From an uncultured Candidatus Rokubacteria bacterium (GTDB lineage: Bacteria > Methylomirabilota > Methylomirabilia > Rokubacteriales > DASRDR01): a stretch of 64,000 nt of DNA. The notes below the pieces were generated by a model. The model had not been told where the DNA came from. It did not search any database and was given only the letters and a program-made list of their open reading frames with translations. The position numbers and the translations under genes are program-made. The stretch is from assembly GCA_963826115.1 (NCBI GenBank), contig CAWGVS010000005.1, positions 480,001 to 544,000 on the forward strand, given 5' to 3'. This document shows positions 48,040-56,984 of this stretch, piece after piece (position 1 is the stretch's first letter; the number at the start of each line of letters is the position of its first letter).

Positions 48040-49680
48040 GTGAAGGCCTACGTCCTGGGCGCGGGCTTCGTCTGCATCTCGCTGGCGATCTTCGTCCAGG
48101 GGATCCTGCCCATCCTGATCCCCGAATCCCGGGAGACGCGGGCGACGCGCGCGGTGCGCACGGAGCTGGGCCAGGTCAAGTGGGTGTGGTACGAGTCGTC
48201 GCCGTACACCCCGCTCGAGCAGCTCGGGCGGAACGTGTACCAGCGCGAGGGCTGCTGGTACTGCCACAGCCAGTACGTGCGGCCCGTGGCCGGCGAGGAG
48301 ATGCGGTGGGGGCCGGTGTCCCAGGTCGGCGAGTACGCGCACGACTGGCCGCACCTTCTGTCGACGCGCCGCATCGGACCGGATCTGACGCGGGTGGGTT
48401 TGAAGTACGGGGACGCCTGGCACTACGCCCACCACTGGGTGCCGACTGCGCTCGTCCCGGACTCGGTGATGCCGAGCTTCCGGTGGCTCTACCGGACCGC
48501 GCAGGTTGCCGTGGTCGACAAGGACGGCGAGCCGGCGCTCGGAGACAGTCCCGCGCTCCGCGGGCTGTTCACGGGGCGCGCGGACCGGCCGCTCCCGCTC
48601 CACCCGAATCCCGAGGGCCTGGCGTTCTCCCGCGAGACCGACGGCGCCCCGGTCCTCGAGATCAAGAACCTGCCGGAGCCCTACGACAAGCTCGCGGCCT
48701 GGAAGGACAAGACCCTGACGGTGATCGTGCCGACCGAGGAGCTCAAGGGCCTCGTCGCCTACATCCAGAAGCTCGGCACGAACCGCGGCGCCTGGCGCGA
48801 CGTGTTCGAGCCTCAGACCCTCTCGGCCAGCGTGATGACCATCCCGCGGACGACGGAGCAGGAGGCGCTCGGCAAGGCCGTCTATGGGCGCCGGTGCGTC
48901 GGGTGCCACGGGCCGAATGGCGACGGGAACGGCCCGGTGGCGACCTTCCTCGACCCGCGACCGCGAGACTTCCGGCTGGGAGCCTTCAAGTTCCGGACGA
49001 CCCCGTCCGGCTCCTTGCCGACGGACGGCGATCTCTACCGCACGCTCACGCGTGGCCTCCGCTACACGGCCATGCCCACCTGGCACGAGCTGCCCGAGAA
49101 GGACCGGATCTCGGTCATCAGCTACATCAAGACGTTCTCCACGCGCTGGACCGAGGAGAAGCCCGATCCCTCGATCCCCATCGGCGACCCGCCCAAGGCG
49201 ACGCGAGAGCTCCTGGCGCAGGGGAAGGAGCTCTACGCCGCGGCCAAGTGCTTCCAGTGCCACGGGCCGGGCGGCAAGGGCGACGGACCCTCGGCCGGCG
49301 AGCTGACCGACGACTGGGGGTTCAAGATCCTGCCGATCGACTTTACGCGGGGGCAGTTCAAGGGCGGGGCGGACGTCCGGGACGTGTTCCGGACCATGAC
49401 CACCGGGCTCGACGGGACACCCATGCCGTCCTTCGCCGACTCCATGAGCGAGGCGGAGCGCTGGGCGATCAGCTACTACGTGCTGTCGTTCTCGGCATTC
49501 AACGACCCGCGGACGGGCGAGAAGCTGAAGCTCGACCCGGCGATCCAGGCGCGGCTCGACGACGCGGCCGGCGAGGCGTACGGGAGCTCCCGGCTCGCCC
49601 TCGATCCGTCCGCTCCCCTCGAGACCGCGCCCAAGGCCCTGGTCCGCTTCCACAAAGGCATGGTGGGCGAGGGGCGCTGA
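48040..49680 (+). CDS. ccoO: cbb3 subunit II (CcoO) fused to a dihaem cytochrome c module
   Basis: GRNVYQREGCWYCHSQYVRP, RRIGPDL, SVMPSF; additional CVGCH and CFQCH with MP ligands. Confidence 0.88.
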   Translation: MKAYVLGAGFVCISLAIFVQGILPILIPESRETRATRAVRTELGQVKWVWYESSPYTPLEQLGRNVYQREGCWYCHSQYVRPVAGEEMRWGPVSQVGEYAHDWPHLLSTRRIGPDLTRVGLKYGDAWHYAHHWVPTALVPDSVMPSFRWLYRTAQVAVVDKDGEPALGDSPALRGLFTGRADRPLPLHPNPEGLAFSRETDGAPVLEIKNLPEPYDKLAAWKDKTLTVIVPTEELKGLVAYIQKLGTNRGAWRDVFEPQTLSASVMTIPRTTEQEALGKAVYGRRCVGCHGPNGDGNGPVATFLDPRPRDFRLGAFKFRTTPSGSLPTDGDLYRTLTRGLRYTAMPTWHELPEKDRISVISYIKTFSTRWTEEKPDPSIPIGDPPKATRELLAQGKELYAAAKCFQCHGPGGKGDGPSAGELTDDWGFKILPIDFTRGQFKGGADVRDVFRTMTTGLDGTPMPSFADSMSEAERWAISYYVLSFSAFNDPRTGEKLKLDPAIQARLDDAAGEAYGSSRLALDPSAPLETAPKALVRFHKGMVGEGR

Positions 49681-49705
49681 CGGCGCCCGCGCCAGGGGAG
49701 ACCCG

Positions 49706-49879
49706 ATGCAGGAGCTGATCGCGCTCGTCGCCGGCGAGTTCGCGGTGTCCATCTTCATGGGCCTGGCGGCGCTCTGCCTGTTCCTCTGGGGGGCCATGTC
49801 GGGGCTCTTGACCGACGTCGAGGCGGTGAAGTACCAGGTGCTGAGGAGCGAGGGGATCGACGATGACGGACCACGGTGA
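49706..49879 (+). CDS. CcoS-like small membrane protein (57 aa, not in the ORF track)
   Basis: RBS GGGGAG; MQELIALV...LFLWGAMSGLLTDVEAVKY resembles CcoS FxWavksGqfdDle. Confidence 0.65.
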   Translation: MQELIALVAGEFAVSIFMGLAALCLFLWGAMSGLLTDVEAVKYQVLRSEGIDDDGPR

Positions 49880-50078
49880 CGCAACCCGGCGTGAGGACGT
49901 GATCGCGCAGCACGAGCGGCGGCGGGGCCCCATCGAGGAGTACGGCGACGGCGAGGTGCGCGCCTACCACGGGCTCGTGAACCGGTGGCTGCTCGCCGTG
50001 TACGCGGTCCTCGGCGTCTGGGGGATCTACTACCTCTTCCGGTACTGGGGCGGCCTGGGGCCGGGGCTGGCGCGATGA
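49863..50078 (+). CDS. Small membrane protein resembling the CcoP N-terminal segment
   Basis: IEEY...NRWLLAVYAVLGVWGIYY resembles FixP_N (gIeEydnplPrWw). Confidence 0.65.
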   Translation: MTDHGDATRREDVIAQHERRRGPIEEYGDGEVRAYHGLVNRWLLAVYAVLGVWGIYYLFRYWGGLGPGLAR

Positions 50079-50182
50079 TGGCCGTGCGTCTCCTCCTCGC
50101 GCTGGCGCTCCTGAACCTCCTGATCCTCCTGAGCGACGGTCTCTACAACGTGTTCGGGGGCTTCTTCCCGCCGCTGCGGTAA
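50075..50182 (+). CDS. Single-helix microprotein (35 aa)
   Basis: ATGA coupling; MMAVRLLLALALLNLLILLSDGLYNVFGGFFPPLR. Confidence 0.55.
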   Translation: MMAVRLLLALALLNLLILLSDGLYNVFGGFFPPLR

Positions 50183-50191
50183 GGGGGCGCC

Positions 50192-50284
50192 GTGTCGGGC
50201 ATCGAGAAGCTCGCCTTCGCGCTCTTCCTCGGGGGCACCGTGGTCTTCTTCGTCTGGGTAGCAATCCTGACGATCCGAAAGTAA
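50192..50284 (+). CDS. Single-helix microprotein (30 aa), possibly CcoQ-like (not in the ORF track)
   Basis: AAGGGGG before GTG; MSGIEKLAFALFLGGTVVFFVWVAILTIRK with GC3-rich codons. Confidence 0.55.
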   Translation: MSGIEKLAFALFLGGTVVFFVWVAILTIRK

Positions 50285-50313
50285 CCTGCCGGCATGCGGC
50301 TGAGGCGAGACCC

Positions 50314-50709
50314 GTGACGGCCGGATGGGGCGTCCTGCCTCTCCGCCTCGTGGTCGGGCTCGTCTTCGTCGTCCACGGCGCCCAGAAGCTCTTCGTCTTT
50401 GGGCTCGCGGGGACCTCCGGGTTCCTGGGCAGTCTGGGCGTCCCGCTGCCTCCGGTCGTGGCGGTGGGCCTGATCGCGGCCGAGATCGTCGGCGGTCTCG
50501 CCCTCATCGTTGGCGCGTGGACGCGGCTCGCGGCCGCGCTCCTCGCCGCCGACATGCTGGTGGCCCTCCTCGCCGTGCACGCGCGCGGAGGCTTCTTCGT
50601 CCCGGACGGCGTGGAGTTCGTGCTGACGCTCCTCGGCGGGTGCCTCGCGTTGATCGGGCTCGGGGCGGGGCCGTGGTCCGTGGACGCGGCCGTCCGCGGG
50701 AAGGACTGA
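50314..50709 (+). CDS. DoxX family membrane protein
   Basis: LRLVVGLVFVVHGAQK, EIVGG, TRLAA, GAGPWSVD. Confidence 0.9.
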   Translation: MTAGWGVLPLRLVVGLVFVVHGAQKLFVFGLAGTSGFLGSLGVPLPPVVAVGLIAAEIVGGLALIVGAWTRLAAALLAADMLVALLAVHARGGFFVPDGVEFVLTLLGGCLALIGLGAGPWSVDAAVRGKD

Positions 50710-50742
50710 AGCGGCGAAGCGCCGGCCCTGAGCGCCGGGCGG

Positions 50743-51534
50743 TCAGCCCCGCGCCTGCCGGAGTCCCTCGACCGCGTCCTCGTAGCCGGGCTGGAGGGCG
50801 AGCGCCCGCTCGAAGGCGGCGCGTGCGCGTGAGCGGTCGCCCAGCCGGAGGTGGCACCAGCCGAGGCCGTTGTAGAGCCCGGCGCCCTGCGGCGCGGCGC
50901 GGAGCGCCCGCTCGAACGCCTCGAGCGCCTCGACGTGCCGGCCGACGTAGTAGAGGCTCCAGGCCAGGCGCGCGCGCGCCGCGGCGGCGTCCCGCACCTC
51001 CCGGCCCACGACCGTGGCCATGCCGCGCAGGGCGCGATCGAGCGGCGCCAGGGCCTCCTCGTAGCGCCCGAGCTCGAAGAGGGCGGTGCCGAGGCCGATC
51101 AGCGCGTCCCCGCCGTCGGGCGCGAGGTCGAGCGCCGACTGGAACGCCTCGATCGCTAGGTGATAGCGGCCGAGCCGGAGCCGGCTCCACCCGAGCCCGT
51201 CGTAGAGTCCCTCCCACGTGGGCTGGCGTCGAAGCGCCGCCTTGAACTCGATGGCGGCCGCGCGGAACTCGCCGAGGTGGTAGTGGGACCAGCCGAGAAG
51301 CGCGCGCGCCTCGTCGTTCGCCTCGTCGAGGGTCACCGCTTCGAGGAGACGATCCCGCGCCGCCGCGTAGTCGCGCGCCTCGTAGTAGACGCGGCCCTGC
51401 CGGAGGTGCGACTGCGACTCCATCCCTCGACGGAGGCCGCCGAGCGGCCCCTGCGCGGGAGCGACCGGCGCGAGTGCCAACAGGAGCAGCGCTGCCAGCA
51501 GGGTGGCGCTGCGGGTGCGTCTAGGGGCGCGCAC
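50743..51534 (-). CDS. Secreted tetratricopeptide repeat protein
   Basis: Signal peptide APA-Q; repeated LGW..Y/A...F..AL TPR units. Confidence 0.85.
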   Translation of the reverse strand: MRAPRRTRSATLLAALLLLALAPVAPAQGPLGGLRRGMESQSHLRQGRVYYEARDYAAARDRLLEAVTLDEANDEARALLGWSHYHLGEFRAAAIEFKAALRRQPTWEGLYDGLGWSRLRLGRYHLAIEAFQSALDLAPDGGDALIGLGTALFELGRYEEALAPLDRALRGMATVVGREVRDAAAARARLAWSLYYVGRHVEALEAFERALRAAPQGAGLYNGLGWCHLRLGDRSRARAAFERALALQPGYEDAVEGLRQARG

Positions 51535-52504
51535 CCGAGCGCTCCGGACGGTCGCCCGCTTCCTCCGCGGCCTCGCGGGCGAGCTGCGCCAGGTCCGCGG
51601 CTCGCTGGGCCGCGCGGGTCGCCTCGGTGCGGGCCTCGGGCCCCGGTCGCGCGGCGGCGACCTGTGCTTCCCGGGCCGCCTCGGCCGCGCGCTTTGCCGC
51701 GCGCGCCGCCGCCTGCGCCGCGTCCTGGGAGCCGCTGATCGTCGCGGCGCCGTGGGGATCCTTCGACCGCTCGGCCGCCTGACGGCTCGCCTCGACGGCG
51801 GCCCGGCTCGCCGACCGCGCAGCGTCCCTTGCGGACTCGGCCGCGCTCGCCGCGGAGGCGTGCGAGTCCGGCCCGCCGCGTCCGCTGCTTGAACCGGGAC
51901 CGGAGCTCGCAGGGCCCCCAGGACCGGCCGCGCTCGACGATCCCCGACCGCCGCCGGAGGACGCCCCGGCGCTGGCCGAATGGCCGCCGCCGCTGCCCCC
52001 GCGACTTCCGCGCCCCTCGTTCTCGCCGAGCTCGGGGCCGCCGCCTCGCCCGGACCTTCCGCGGGACCCGTGACCGCTCAGCTCGGCCGACGCGGGATCG
52101 CGTCCGGATCCCCGGCCCGATCCCGCACCGCCCCGGCCCGCGTTGCCGCCGTCCGAGCCTCCGGAGGACGAGTCGGAGCTTCCTGAGCCACCGCCCTTGC
52201 CGGAGCCGCCACCCTTGCCGGAGCCACCGCCCTCGGAGTCGTTGCCGCCGCCCTTGCCGGAGCCTCCGCCACCACCCTTGCCGGAGCCGCCGCCCTCGGA
52301 GTCGTTGCCGCCGCCCTTGCCGGAGCCTCCGCCACCACCCTTGCCGGAGCCGCCGCCCTCGGACTCACCGCCACCGCCCTTGCCGCTGTCGGCGGTGGCC
52401 GTACCGGTGCCCGTCGGCGAGGGACTCCAGGGGAGGGTCGGCAGACTCAGAGCGAGCAGCATGGCTGTCGCGACGGCCAGCAGGCGGAGGACCTGACGTG
52501 TCAT
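51521..52504 (-). CDS. Secreted Gly/Ser-rich repetitive protein with Ala-rich helical C-terminus
   Basis: RBS AAGGGAG, signal peptide, (SEGGGSGKGGGGGSGKGGGND)n repeats; overlaps the TPR gene. Confidence 0.75.
   Translation of the reverse strand: MTRQVLRLLAVATAMLLALSLPTLPWSPSPTGTGTATADSGKGGGGESEGGGSGKGGGGGSGKGGGNDSEGGGSGKGGGGGSGKGGGNDSEGGGSGKGGGSGKGGGSGSSDSSSGGSDGGNAGRGGAGSGRGSGRDPASAELSGHGSRGRSGRGGGPELGENEGRGSRGGSGGGHSASAGASSGGGRGSSSAAGPGGPASSGPGSSSGRGGPDSHASAASAAESARDAARSASRAAVEASRQAAERSKDPHGAATISGSQDAAQAAARAAKRAAEAAREAQVAAARPGPEARTEATRAAQRAADLAQLAREAAEEAGDRPERSGARP
52208..52363. repeat. 63-bp tandem repeat (about 2.5 copies) built from CCCTTGCCGGAGCC subunits
   Basis: CCTCGGA recurs at 52231, 52294 and 52357; in frame within the Gly/Ser protein. 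Confidence 0.85.
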
Positions 52505-52556
52505 GGGCGACTCCCTTCGAGGCCGGTCAAGCGTCGGCCGGGCCTCGGGTACTCGG

Positions 52557-52572
52557 AGCAACCTCCATGCCT
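52557..52572 (-). promoter_or_regulatory. Sigma54 -24/-12 promoter
   Basis: AGGCATGGAGGTTGCT (GG-N10-GC), directly downstream of the sigma54 activator gene. Confidence 0.75.
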
Positions 52573-52688
52573 ACGAGGCCCGGATGGGCCGTCTCGTCTA
52601 CCCGTTCTGGACGGCCCTCCGAGGGGGAGCCGGCCAGGTCGGGTCGCTCGCCCCCTGGTGGATTCGCCCACCGACGGGGAAATGCCCG

Positions 52689-54095
52689 CTACTCCTGGCC
52701 CCGGTCGGGCGCGAGCCGGAACTTCTCGATCCGGTACCGGAGCGTTTCCCGGGTCAGTCCGAGGAGCTCCGCGGCCCGGGCCCGGTTCCAGCCGGCGTGC
52801 CGGAGCGCCTGCTCGATGAGGCTCCGCTCCACCGATTCCAGCTCGATCGGGCCGAGCGAGAAGTCCACCGAGACGCCCTCCCGGCTCACGCCGACGGGTC
52901 CGGCGGCCTCGGGGCTTCCGAGGCCGAGGGTCTCCGTGCCGAGAGGCTGCCCCCGGTGGAGGAGCGCCGCGCGCTCGACGACGTGGATCAGCTCGCGCAC
53001 GTTCCCGGGCCACGGATAGGCCACGAGCGCGTCGCGCGCGGACGGCGCCCAACGGGCCTCGCCGAGGCCGTATCGCTCCCGGACCTGCTCGAGGGCGCGC
53101 TGGGCGAGGAGCCAGATGTCGTCCGGCCGACCCCGGAGCGGCGGCATCTCGACCGTGAGCACGCGCAGGCGGTAGAAGAGGTCGGCGCGAAACGTGCCCT
53201 CCCGCACCGCGGGCTCGAGGTCGCGGTTGGTGGCCGCGACGATCCGGACATCGACCCGTCGGGGCGTGAGCGCGCCCAGCCGTCGCACCGCGCGATCCTC
53301 GATGACCTTCAGGAGCTTCGCCTGGAGCGCCACGTCGAGGAGCCCGATCTCGTCGAGGAGGAGCGTGCCGCCGTCGGCGGCCTCGAACAGGCCCGGCTTG
53401 CTCGTGCGCGCGTCCGTGTACGCCCCGCGCTCGAACCCAAACAGCTCGCCCTCGAGGAGCGCGCTCGGGATCGCGGCGCAGTTGATCTCCACGAACGGCC
53501 CCGCGGCTCGCGGGCCCGCCGCGTGGATGGCGCGCGCCGCGAGCTCCTTGCCGGTCCCGGTCTCCCCGGTCAACAGCACCGTGGGCCCGGCGTCGCCCAG
53601 CCTGTCGGCCGCCGACACCTGCAGGATGCGCTGGCGGATCTCCTCCATGGCGGGGGAGGCGCCGAGCAGGCTCGCGACCGGCGCGCTGTGGCCGGCGCGC
53701 TGGCGGAGGTAGGCAATCTCACCCCGGGCGCGCTCGGCGTCCCACGCGCGCTGGACCACGAGCCAGAGCTCCTCGAGGTCGAGAGGCTTCGCGACGTAGT
53801 CGAAGGCGCCCTGCTTCATGGCCGCGACCGCGCCCTGGACCGTGCTGTGGGCCGTCATCACGATCACGACGGTCTCCGGCCGCTCGCGCTTGATCGCGGC
53901 GAGCGCGGCCAGCCCGTCCATGCCCGGCAGCTGGAGATCGACCAGCGCGACGTCCGGCGCGAGCTCTCCGAGCGCGGCGAGCGCGGCTTCCGCCGTGCCG
54001 AAGGCGCGCGCCTCGGCGCCCTGGCGCTTGAGGAACGTCTCGATGGCGGCGGCCAGCCCCGCCTCGTCGTCGACGACCATCACGCTCCGGACCAC
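52689..54095 (-). CDS. Sigma54-dependent response regulator (NtrC family)
   Basis: Receiver VVDDE...DLQLP, GETGTGKE, INCAAIP, GAYTDA, FRADLFYRL, WPGNVREL, Fis HTH. Confidence 0.95.
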   Translation of the reverse strand: MVRSVMVVDDEAGLAAAIETFLKRQGAEARAFGTAEAALAALGELAPDVALVDLQLPGMDGLAALAAIKRERPETVVIVMTAHSTVQGAVAAMKQGAFDYVAKPLDLEELWLVVQRAWDAERARGEIAYLRQRAGHSAPVASLLGASPAMEEIRQRILQVSAADRLGDAGPTVLLTGETGTGKELAARAIHAAGPRAAGPFVEINCAAIPSALLEGELFGFERGAYTDARTSKPGLFEAADGGTLLLDEIGLLDVALQAKLLKVIEDRAVRRLGALTPRRVDVRIVAATNRDLEPAVREGTFRADLFYRLRVLTVEMPPLRGRPDDIWLLAQRALEQVRERYGLGEARWAPSARDALVAYPWPGNVRELIHVVERAALLHRGQPLGTETLGLGSPEAAGPVGVSREGVSVDFSLGPIELESVERSLIEQALRHAGWNRARAAELLGLTRETLRYRIEKFRLAPDRGQE

Positions 54096-54105
54096 GACCC
54101 CTCCC

Positions 54106-55488
54106 TCAGGCGTCCGCTCGCGGCAGGACGATGACCGCGCGCGTGCCCGCACCGTCGCTCTCGAGCAGGAGCTTCGCCCCGGTGGCCTCGAGGAGCTTCC
54201 GGGCGAGCGCGAGACCGAGCCCCGTGCCGCCGGGCTTGGTCGTGAAGAACGGCTCGTACGCGCGGGCGAGCACGGCGGGAGGCATCCCGGGCCCGGTGTC
54301 CTCCACCCGCAGCTCGACCGGGCCGCCGGCGCCGGCCGTCGAGGCGACGCGCAGCGTGCCGCCGGCCGGCATCGCGTCGAGCGCGTTGCCGACGAGGCAG
54401 AGGAGCGCCTCTTCGAATCGCGCCGGATCGAGGCGGACCTTCGGCAGCTCGGCGCCGACGCTGACGTCGACGCGCACGCCCTGCGCCGCGCTGCGCGCCT
54501 CCACGGAGCCGAGCGCGGCCCGGACGGCCGCGTCGAGGGCGGTCGGGACCGAGCGGCCCTCGACCGGTCGGTTCAGGTCGAGGAGCGCCCGCATGCGGGC
54601 GCGCAGGCGGTCGGTGTCGGCGACGATCTGCAGGAGCTGGTCCCGGACTGGACCGCTGGCGTCGAGGAGGGCGACCTGGGCCGAGGCGCGGATGGCGGCG
54701 AGGGGATTGCCGAGCCCGTGGGCGACGGCGGCGGTGACCTCGCCGATCGCGGCGAGGCGCTCGGCGTCCAGGAGCTGGCCCTGCAGGGCCCGCAGCTCGG
54801 CGTTGGCCTGCGCGAGCTCCTCGGCGCGCCGGGCGAGCGCGGCGTGCTGGGCGCGGAGCGCGCGCGACGCCCGCCACACGATCCCGTAGAGGGCGAGGTA
54901 GAGGAGGACGCCCGATCCCGTGGCCAGCGCCCAGAGGATCGCGCGGCCGCGCCGGATGCCGGCGATCACGCGGCTCGCGTCCACGTAGGCCTCGACGGCG
55001 CCGGCGACCCGGCCCTCGCCAGGGAAGGCGACCGGTACGTAGAGCGCGACGCGCTCCTGGCCGGCGGGGGCCCCCGGCTCGAGGGCCGCGTCGGTCCGCC
55101 CGGCAAGGGCCGCGCGCACGGCGGCGGTCTCGCCGTGGGGCTGAAAGCCCCGCTCGGCGTCGCTCCAGAGAGGCTTCCCGTCGGGGCCGTAGACCACGAG
55201 CCGAAGCACCTCGGGGAGACGGCGCACCTGGCGCGTGAATTCCTCCAGGCGATCCTGCGAGTCCGGCCGCGGGGCGCCGCGGTCCGCGCCGAAGTCCTGG
55301 GGGCGCAGGTGGTCGTGAGCGGCCGCGCGCACGAACGCGGCCGTCGACGTCCACTCGCGCTCGAGGACCGCCTGCTCGACGAAGTAGGCGAGCGCGAGGC
55401 CGACCACCAGGGTGCTGCCGCCGATCGTGACGAGGCTCAGGACGGCGAACTGCCGGGTCGGACTCGGGGAGCCGGGGCGATCGCCCAT
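54106..55488 (-). CDS. Membrane sensor histidine kinase
   Basis: Two TM helices, AHGLGNPL H-box, NALDAM, DTGPG, FFTTK, GTGLGL. Confidence 0.9.
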   Translation of the reverse strand: MGDRPGSPSPTRQFAVLSLVTIGGSTLVVGLALAYFVEQAVLEREWTSTAAFVRAAAHDHLRPQDFGADRGAPRPDSQDRLEEFTRQVRRLPEVLRLVVYGPDGKPLWSDAERGFQPHGETAAVRAALAGRTDAALEPGAPAGQERVALYVPVAFPGEGRVAGAVEAYVDASRVIAGIRRGRAILWALATGSGVLLYLALYGIVWRASRALRAQHAALARRAEELAQANAELRALQGQLLDAERLAAIGEVTAAVAHGLGNPLAAIRASAQVALLDASGPVRDQLLQIVADTDRLRARMRALLDLNRPVEGRSVPTALDAAVRAALGSVEARSAAQGVRVDVSVGAELPKVRLDPARFEEALLCLVGNALDAMPAGGTLRVASTAGAGGPVELRVEDTGPGMPPAVLARAYEPFFTTKPGGTGLGLALARKLLEATGAKLLLESDGAGTRAVIVLPRADA

Positions 55489-55593
55489 GGCGGCTCCATG
55501 GTACCGCCCGTGGCCGGGCCGGCTGACAGGGATTGCGCTCGACCGGGGCCCGGCGGCTTGACCCTCGATACGGCGGGTGTTATCACCGCCCGA

Positions 55594-55827
55594 GTGACTC
55601 GCTGGCGGCTGCCACAGATCGGACGGGCGCACGAGGCCTGGCCCGGCATCACGATGGCCGGCATCGTGATCCTCGCGGCGGCGGTGCTCGCCGACGCGTT
55701 CGGGGAGCCGCCTCGCGGCGGGCCGCGGCTCCACGTGGGCCTCGGACTCGGCTTCACGGTGCTCGTGCTGGGCTACGTGCTGCGTCTCTACGAGCGACGC
55801 AACGGAGGGGACGGGGATGCGCCATGA
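55594..55827 (+). CDS. Small two-helix membrane protein
   Basis: TTGACC-17-TATCAC then GTG 7 nt later; two hydrophobic segments; overlaps the next gene. Confidence 0.55.
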   Translation: MTRWRLPQIGRAHEAWPGITMAGIVILAAAVLADAFGEPPRGGPRLHVGLGLGFTVLVLGYVLRLYERRNGGDGDAP

Positions 55828-56959
55828 CCTGCTCTTGACCGGCGGCCACGTGATCGACCCCGCCTCGGGGATCGACGGCCCGCGCGACGTGGCGTTCGCA
55901 TCGGGCCGGGTGGCCGCGATCGACCGGTCGATCCCGCGCGCGACGGCGCGCGAGGTGGTGGACGTCGCCGGGGCGTACGTGGTGCCGGGGCTCATCGACC
56001 TCCACGCGCACGCCTTCATCGCGGGCCACGACCTCGGCGTCGAGACCGACCCCGTGTGCGCCTCGACGGGCGTGACCACCCTCTGCGACGCGGGCAGCGC
56101 GGGCGCCGCGAACTTCGCGGGGCTCCGGGAGTACGTGATGGCCCGCGCGGACACCCGCGTCCTCGGGTTCGTCCACATCGCGGCGATCGGCCTCACGCAC
56201 GTCGCGATCGGCGAGCACTGCTACCTCGACTACTCGGACCCGGTCCTCGCCGCGGGCGTGGCCCGCGAGCACCGGGACGTCGCCATCGGGGTGAAGGTGC
56301 GGATCCAGGCCGAGGTCGTCGCCCAGCATGGCCTCGAGCCGCTCAGGCGGGGCCTCCAGGCGGCGGAGGCGGCGTCGGTGCCCGTGATCGTGCACGTCAA
56401 CAACCCGCCGGTGGAGTACGGGGAGGTGCTCGCGCTCCTCCGGCCCGGCGACATCGTGAGCCACTTCCTGCACGGCCGGGGCTCGGGGATCCTGGACGGG
56501 CAGGGTCGTGTGAAGGAGGCGGTGCACGTCGCGCGCCGCCGCGGCATCGTGTTCGACGTCGCGCACGGCCGGAACCACGTGAACTTCCCGGTCGTGCGCC
56601 GCGCGTTCGAGCAGGGCTTCTATCCGGACACGATCTCCTCCGACCTCACGCGCCCGGGCCGGGCCAGCGTCGTGCGGGACCTCCCGACGACGCTCTCGAA
56701 GTTCCTGAGCCTCGGGATGCCGCTCGGCGACGTGGTCCGCGCCGCGACGGCCACCCCGGCCCGGGCGATCGGGCGGAGCGGGGAGCTCGGCACGCTGGCC
56801 GTCGGCGCGTCGGGCGACGCGGCGGTGTTCGCGATCGACGAGGGGCGCTTCCCCTACCAGGACGCCGACGGCAACGTCCTCGAGGGCACGAAGCGCTGGG
56901 CGCCCCGGCTCACGGTGCGGGCCGGCCGCGTCTCCTGGCGGCGCTGGCCCGCGGCGTGA
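55817..56959 (+). CDS. Amidohydrolase/deacetylase family metallohydrolase (dihydroorotase-like)
   Basis: PGLIDLHAH, GVTT..DAGSAG, GVKVR, FDVAHG, TISSD. Confidence 0.88.
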   Translation: MRHDLLLTGGHVIDPASGIDGPRDVAFASGRVAAIDRSIPRATAREVVDVAGAYVVPGLIDLHAHAFIAGHDLGVETDPVCASTGVTTLCDAGSAGAANFAGLREYVMARADTRVLGFVHIAAIGLTHVAIGEHCYLDYSDPVLAAGVAREHRDVAIGVKVRIQAEVVAQHGLEPLRRGLQAAEAASVPVIVHVNNPPVEYGEVLALLRPGDIVSHFLHGRGSGILDGQGRVKEAVHVARRRGIVFDVAHGRNHVNFPVVRRAFEQGFYPDTISSDLTRPGRASVVRDLPTTLSKFLSLGMPLGDVVRAATATPARAIGRSGELGTLAVGASGDAAVFAIDEGRFPYQDADGNVLEGTKRWAPRLTVRAGRVSWRRWPAA

Positions 56960-56984
56960 CGAGCCCGCCTCGCTCGGCGGCTCC

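Noticed and set aside
52190-52390. Tandem repeats as a CRISPR array
   Set aside because: The period is 63 bp and in frame, with no unique spacers and no cas genes. It encodes Gly/Ser repeats.
55572-55592. Lambda-operator-like TATCACCGCC dyad as a prophage trace
   Set aside because: No phage genes nearby. The sequence is explained as the -10 region of a local promoter.
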